Of a stretch of 64,000 nucleotides of DNA, positions 57,117 through 64,000 are shown piece after piece (the first letter of the stretch is position 1; each line of letters opens with the position of its first letter). The stretch comes from the human T2T-CHM13v2.0 reference genome, Homo sapiens. The translations under genes and the position numbers were made by a program. The stretch lies in NCBI RefSeq assembly GCF_009914755.1, contig NC_060927.1; one strand, written 5' to 3'. The notes beneath the pieces were generated by a model. The model was not told the origin of the DNA. It saw only the letters and a program-made list of their open reading frames with translations, and searched no databases.

Positions 57117-57953
57117 TAGATATGTTTTTGAATAGATATTAAATATAACATATTTAAAACAACTAAATATATTTGAAACAAATAAAAAGCGTTTGTTTTA
57201 TACAAGAGCAGAAACTTGAGTAAAAAGCAGAAGTCTCCATTTTCTATAGCCATGAAAGAATGCAGAGAAAATGGCATGTATATTGATGATATATCTGAAT
57301 GGTTACAATGGTGCTAACATGTGAGTACAATACCTTTTAGAATGTAACAATGTTGGTTTGATACTGTAAATTTTACTAATTAAAGAGGAGAAGACTTGAG
57401 GCCTATTGCTGGATGTCTGGGTTTTCCCATAGGAAAGAAGAGAGAGAAACAGAGGAAGTAATTAGGGTGAAAACAATGGAGGGGTGTGGGGTGAGGAATG
57501 ACACAATGACACTTCCCCTCCCAGACTGGCCAGAGAAGCCAGAAGGGACTATGTAGACAAGCTGGCAGCTCATTGCTGCACAAATCAGGTATCAGGGACT
57601 TGAGCTTCCTCATCTCTCAGACCCCAGCCAACCTCCAAGGACCTTTCCAGATCTGTCCTAATCCGTGACTTTGAAATGAAACTTCATTGCATTTGAGTAG
57701 ATTAGCATCAAGGAGGTACTACATAAAGCAAGTGAAAAAGACAATTTTTAAAGAATGGAACAGCTGGCTCTCTACCTGTCCTAAGCCACACTGATGTGTC
57801 CCTGGTGTTGACCACATCACCGTGTTGCTATGTTAGCTCAAGACACAGTACGTGCTGGGAATGTTACTCATGTGAGAGCTATCACAGATTCCCAGATCAC
57901 TTTAACCACTTTAGGGCAGCATCTTTCTTTGCTCAATATTCAATCTGTCATAA

Positions 57954-58311
<358 letters not shown>

Positions 58312-58706
58312 AAAAAATTGTTTTTAAATGTTTTTCCTCACTTACATCATATAACAAACCTAATGTGATAGCTGAAAAGAAAAGCTGATAGAGCAATGAA
58401 ATTACAAGGTGCTGGACTGAAATTAATGCCTTTGACAAGAGGAGTATCTTCTGTTCACTAGAGCATGACTCTTCTCTTGTCATGTGTCACAGATTGTGAA
58501 CCCAAAGCCTAAATACAATATTTATTATTCATACTTGCTCCTCAACATTTATTGGGTATATATTATGTGCCTGATATCTAGCTAAAGGTTAGAGACAGAA
58601 ATATGAGCAAGACACATCCTGCCTGCCATTGACTTACAGGGATTAAAGGGAAATGAGGCTTGGGCCAGGAGGACCAAGAGAACAGATGAAGAATAACAGG
58701 ATCTGA

Positions 58707-59053
<347 letters not shown>

Positions 59054-59747
59054 GAGGTGATACCTTTGAGAGACATTTAGAAGGTAGACTCCACAGGACT
59101 TGGTAACAGCACATGGGACAGGAGAGGAACCCAGAAAGATGCTAAAAGTTTCAGGCCTATAAGAGACCCAGACAAAGTGATTGGATTTAATGCGGGTCAC
59201 ACTCTTGTCACTGAGGGTAAATACTCAGTTTCACATCTCATCATTAATCAAAAGGCATTGTAAGAACTTAGTAGAGGAAATTAGAGGCCTCCTGCCTACC
59301 ACTCTAGACAAAGAGGTACGGAAGCTTTTCCTGAATACTCTCCAGTTAATCCTGGTCACATATCGGATACAAATGATACCTTGCTTTGAATTTATAATAA
59401 ATCTAGCACTGAATGGTGTGGACTATAAGACAGTTTTAATCTAGGCCAATTTTATTTACAACTAATTTCTGCTTTTCTTTTATTAAATCTCCCATGGCAA
59501 ACAGTGTTACCTTCTCTGTGAGGCTTTTCTTCTTTCAACCATCCCCGGACAGAACAGATCACTTCTTCCTTTGTGCCAGCATTGCAGTCTATGGCAGATC
59601 CCTAATAGTACACCCTTATCATGTTCTTGATATATTGCTTCTTGACCAATTTCAAACTTTTTGAGGGCAGACAGCATGACAGTTCAACTCTGATGTGTAG
59701 CCCCCAGCATAAGGCCTGATTTAAAAAGAAAAATACAATCTGATTAA

Positions 59748-60085
<338 letters not shown>

Positions 60086-60325
60086 TGCCAATGCTTCTTT
60101 ATTGCCTTTTCTCATGTGGGCCTCAGTTTGGAAGAAAGAAATTAAGAACTTAGAGGTCTTGCAAATAATATATTGAAAACTTCAGGAAAATACCTAAGCA
60201 AGATTAACAACAGGGATTTTCACAGATTAAGCATTGAGTAACTAAAAGCCAAGGCCATTGCACTGCACAACTCCGGAGACCACCGATCTCATTAGTCTAT
60301 GAAAATGGCACCACAACAATTTGAA

Positions 60326-60343
60326 CAGCGCCCCCTAGAGTTA
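60326..60343. promoter_or_regulatory. Candidate CTCF site
   Basis: CAGCGCCCCCTAGAGTTA resembles the CTCF core GCGCCCCCTAGTGG. Confidence 0.5.
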
Positions 60344-60974
60344 CGTAATATGAAGCTTTGCTAGTTGGTCAAGAAGCCTAGGCTTAATTTTAACGGACTG
60401 AGCCATCCACTTCCTTTTCAGGGTCTTGGTTAACTCATCTATAAAACAAAGTGGACTAGACCAGTATTTCCTATCATTCTGTGGTTTAAAGCCCCTTTCA
60501 TAATAATAATCTCATAAAAACTCTCAGCTAAAAAATTGCATCATTTTATTATGGTACAAAGTTGTTTTAAAAGATTGTAACACAAAATTTAATATAATAT
60601 TTATAATATTCATAATATAGTTAGGTAAATTTGTACTTTTTCCATTTAACAAGTACCATTCTATTTAATTAAGATTAAACTGAATATGTCATAAAAACAT
60701 GATTTTTTGGACAAATGTTATAGTTAACATTGTGTTATGTTTAGGATTTTGTATACTTTAGGAGGCCAAAGTATACTAAACTTTAGAATTACATTTAACT
60801 ATGTGTTACACTCAATCAAAAATCAACTAAAATATATTATATGATTTAAGGTTTGTAATTATTACATCTGATTTGTTTTATAAATAAACAAATAGGGATA
60901 TGAGAAAAAGTATCAAGTTAGTATTTGTGGGCATTTCTTTGCGAATAGCACCTTGCTGATATTGCTAGACTTCA

Positions 60975-61319
<345 letters not shown>

Positions 61320-61339
61320 TCACATATAATCTTATATAA

Positions 61340-61438
61340 ATATAAATATATATGCATGTATGTGTATATATATATGCCTATATAAGTATGTATGTGTGTA
61401 TATATATATGTGTGTGTGTATATATATATACACATATA
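61340..61438. repeat. (TA)n/(TG)n microsatellite, tail of the adjacent antisense Alu fragment
   Basis: Direct reading. Confidence 0.85.
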
Positions 61439-61600
61439 TTTGAGACTGGGTCTTGCTCTGTCACCCAGACTGGAAGGCAGTGGCATAATCATAGCTCACT
61501 GCAGCTTCAAACTCCTGGGCTTAAGCAATCCAGTCCTCAGCCTCCCAAGTAGCTGGGACTACAGGTGTGTACCACCACATCCAGCTTATTTTTTCTTTTT
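61439..61600 (-). mobile_element. AluJ/FRAM right-arm fragment
   Basis: Antisense single Alu arm. Confidence 0.75.
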
Positions 61601-61796
61601 AACACAGAACTATGAGATACATTCTGATGTACTTCGAATGCTAAGCAGATGAATGCAACATAGGGGTTTGGTGAAGATAATCTTGAAGAACATTGGGAAA
61701 ATTATTATCATTTTTATGCTTTTTGTTTCAACATCAATGTTCGTTTTTCAACATCAGTGTTCCACATACCATCTGTCTATTTCCAAAGACCATTAT

Positions 61797-62082
61797 GGGC
61801 TCACACCTGTAATGCCAGCACTTTGGGAGGCCAAGGTGGGCGGATCACTTGAGGTCAAGAGTTTGAGACCAGCCTGGTCAATATGGTGAAGCCCCATCTC
61901 TACTAAAAATACGAAAATTAGCTGGACATGGTGGCGCATGCCTGCATTCCCAGCTATTCGGGAAGCTGAGGCAGGAGAATCACTTGAACCGGGAGGCAGA
62001 GGTTACAGTGAGCCGAGATCACAGCACTGCACTCCAGCCTGGGCCAGAGAGTAAGACTCCATTGCAAAACAAACAAACAAAT
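61797..62082 (+). mobile_element. AluS
   Basis: Alu dimer with (CAAA)n tail. Confidence 0.88.
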
Positions 62083-62179
62083 ACCATGATGATTATATGA
62101 ATTAGGAAAAGAAGACAATTAAAAATGGATGATAGTTTAAAACAGTTGTAGTATAAAACAATGTTCAAATGAGAAATAA

Positions 62180-62505
<326 letters not shown>

Positions 62506-62920
62506 CCAAAGGATTCTTCAAAAGCAAATTGATTTATTGTTAACGTTTAAATTGAAATTAAAATAGACATTCTAAAGCTTTTAACGATGCAATAACTTTT
62601 TTTGTAAAAGGTCTTCTCTGTCTCCCAGGGGTGTGGCCACCAGCAGTTGAGAAGTGCCATTCAGATACTCTCAGAGGTCTCGTCTAGTCAAACAATTTGT
62701 GTCTTAGTAAATTCAGTCCTGCCCTGCAGCAGCAGCCATTCCCATAGACATGAGGGATGCATTGGAGTGCTGCCTGAGCTACCTATTGTTTCTTGGGATG
62801 GTGAGCTAGTCTCTGATTCAGGTAGATAATGGGATATAATGTTTATTATTGGAATAACTTCAATAAATTCTATTTTCTGATCACATACTAGTAATAGGTA
62901 CCAGGTATGATTTTCTAGAC

Positions 62921-63253
62921 CAGAGGTTTGCAAACTAACTATAGCCCAAGGGCCCCAACTTGCCATCCACCTGTTTTTATATGACCTGCAAGCTAAAAAT
63001 AGTTTGTATATTTTTAAATAATTGGGAAAAAACTAAAAATTTTATGACACATGAAAATTATATCATACTCAAATGTCAGTGCCTGTAAATAAACTTGTAT
63101 TAGAACATAGCCATGATCACTTGTTTATATATTGTCTATGGCTGCTTTAACACCACAATGGTAGAGGTGAATAGTTGCAACAGAAGTTGCATAGCTCACA
63201 ATACCTAAAATATTCATCATGTGGCCCATTACAGAAAAGTTTGCTGATCCCTT
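62921..63253. mobile_element. MER58-like hAT-Charlie MITE
   Basis: TIR-like ends CAGAGGTTTGCAAACT / AGTTTGCTGATCCCT; TSD TTCTAGA(C/A). Confidence 0.75.
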
Positions 63254-64000
63254 TTCTAGAAACTTGATATGCATCTATGAAGAAAACAGACAAAAAATGT
63301 GGAGTCTATTTTCAAGCAGAAGAACACAGAATAAATAATAAACATAAAAAATTAAACAGTATATTAGAAGAGGGTAAGTGCAGTGTAAAATAAAAAAGAG
63401 ACTAGGAAAGGTCGGACGGGGAGTGTGGGGGTCAAAAGAGTAGCAGATTGCAATACTACATTTCATTTTATGTCTTCCTAGCCATAGCTTAAATCTTACC
63501 TAAACTTACAGCAGGAGTATTTCAAATCTAAAATCAACTTACATGTCATAGGGAATGTACCATGGAATCTAAGAATTCTTCAAGAAAGGGTAGAGAGAAA
63601 AAGTGGATTTGCATTTCCATGCCAAAGAGCAGTGGTTTGTCGGAGAAGAATTGTTTTCACCATTATTTATGAGACATGGAGAACCTGGTGTGCGGTGGCA
63701 CTTCTGAAGTCAGACAGTTTGAGGTTTAATTATCTCTTCTGTTACTAATCATCTGACTAGCCTTGAGCAAACTGATAGCAAACCTCTCTGAGCCTAAGGT
63801 TCCCCATTTATAAAATGGAGATAACCCCTACCTCACACATTGCAAGAATGAAAAGGATATAATTTCTCATAAGAGTCCGACACAGGGCATACAATTGATA
63901 GGTGCTCAAGAAATATTCCTCCCCCTCACTCCTAATGAAATTTAAATTCTTGGCTCCCTATCAAAGAATTTGCATAGTGCCCTTTAACCTTCTGTTAATT

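Overview
Primate (very probably human) genomic DNA, rich in Alu, L1, L2, MIR, LTR and MER repeats; nothing prokaryotic is present. The only well-supported protein-coding gene is TMEM212 (+ strand). Four phase-0 coding exons (35521-35679, 44149-44208, 45694-46017, 48826-48867) splice into a 194-aa hydrophobic membrane protein. A CpG island at about 1960-2900 holds a minus-strand non-coding first exon, assigned to PLD1 from recalled gene order (no PLD1 coding sequence is in the window). The most unusual feature is the 3' end of TMEM212, which is built from nested transposons. An old L1 is interrupted by an LTR-less, A-tailed ERV-L-like fragment that supplies coding exon 4, and by a younger L1PA that probably supplies the 3'UTR exon. 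Inside the ERV fragment, a truncated Alu is fused to an 88-bp inverted copy (83/88 identical) of sequence just downstream of exon 3, which covers an intronic stop codon and AATAAA. Other leads are a TSD-flanked orphan insert at 7502-7671, a nested ~100-nt hairpin in intron 1, a fragmented CR1/L3 fossil and a CTCF-like site. Repeat subfamily calls were made by eye and boundaries are approximate.
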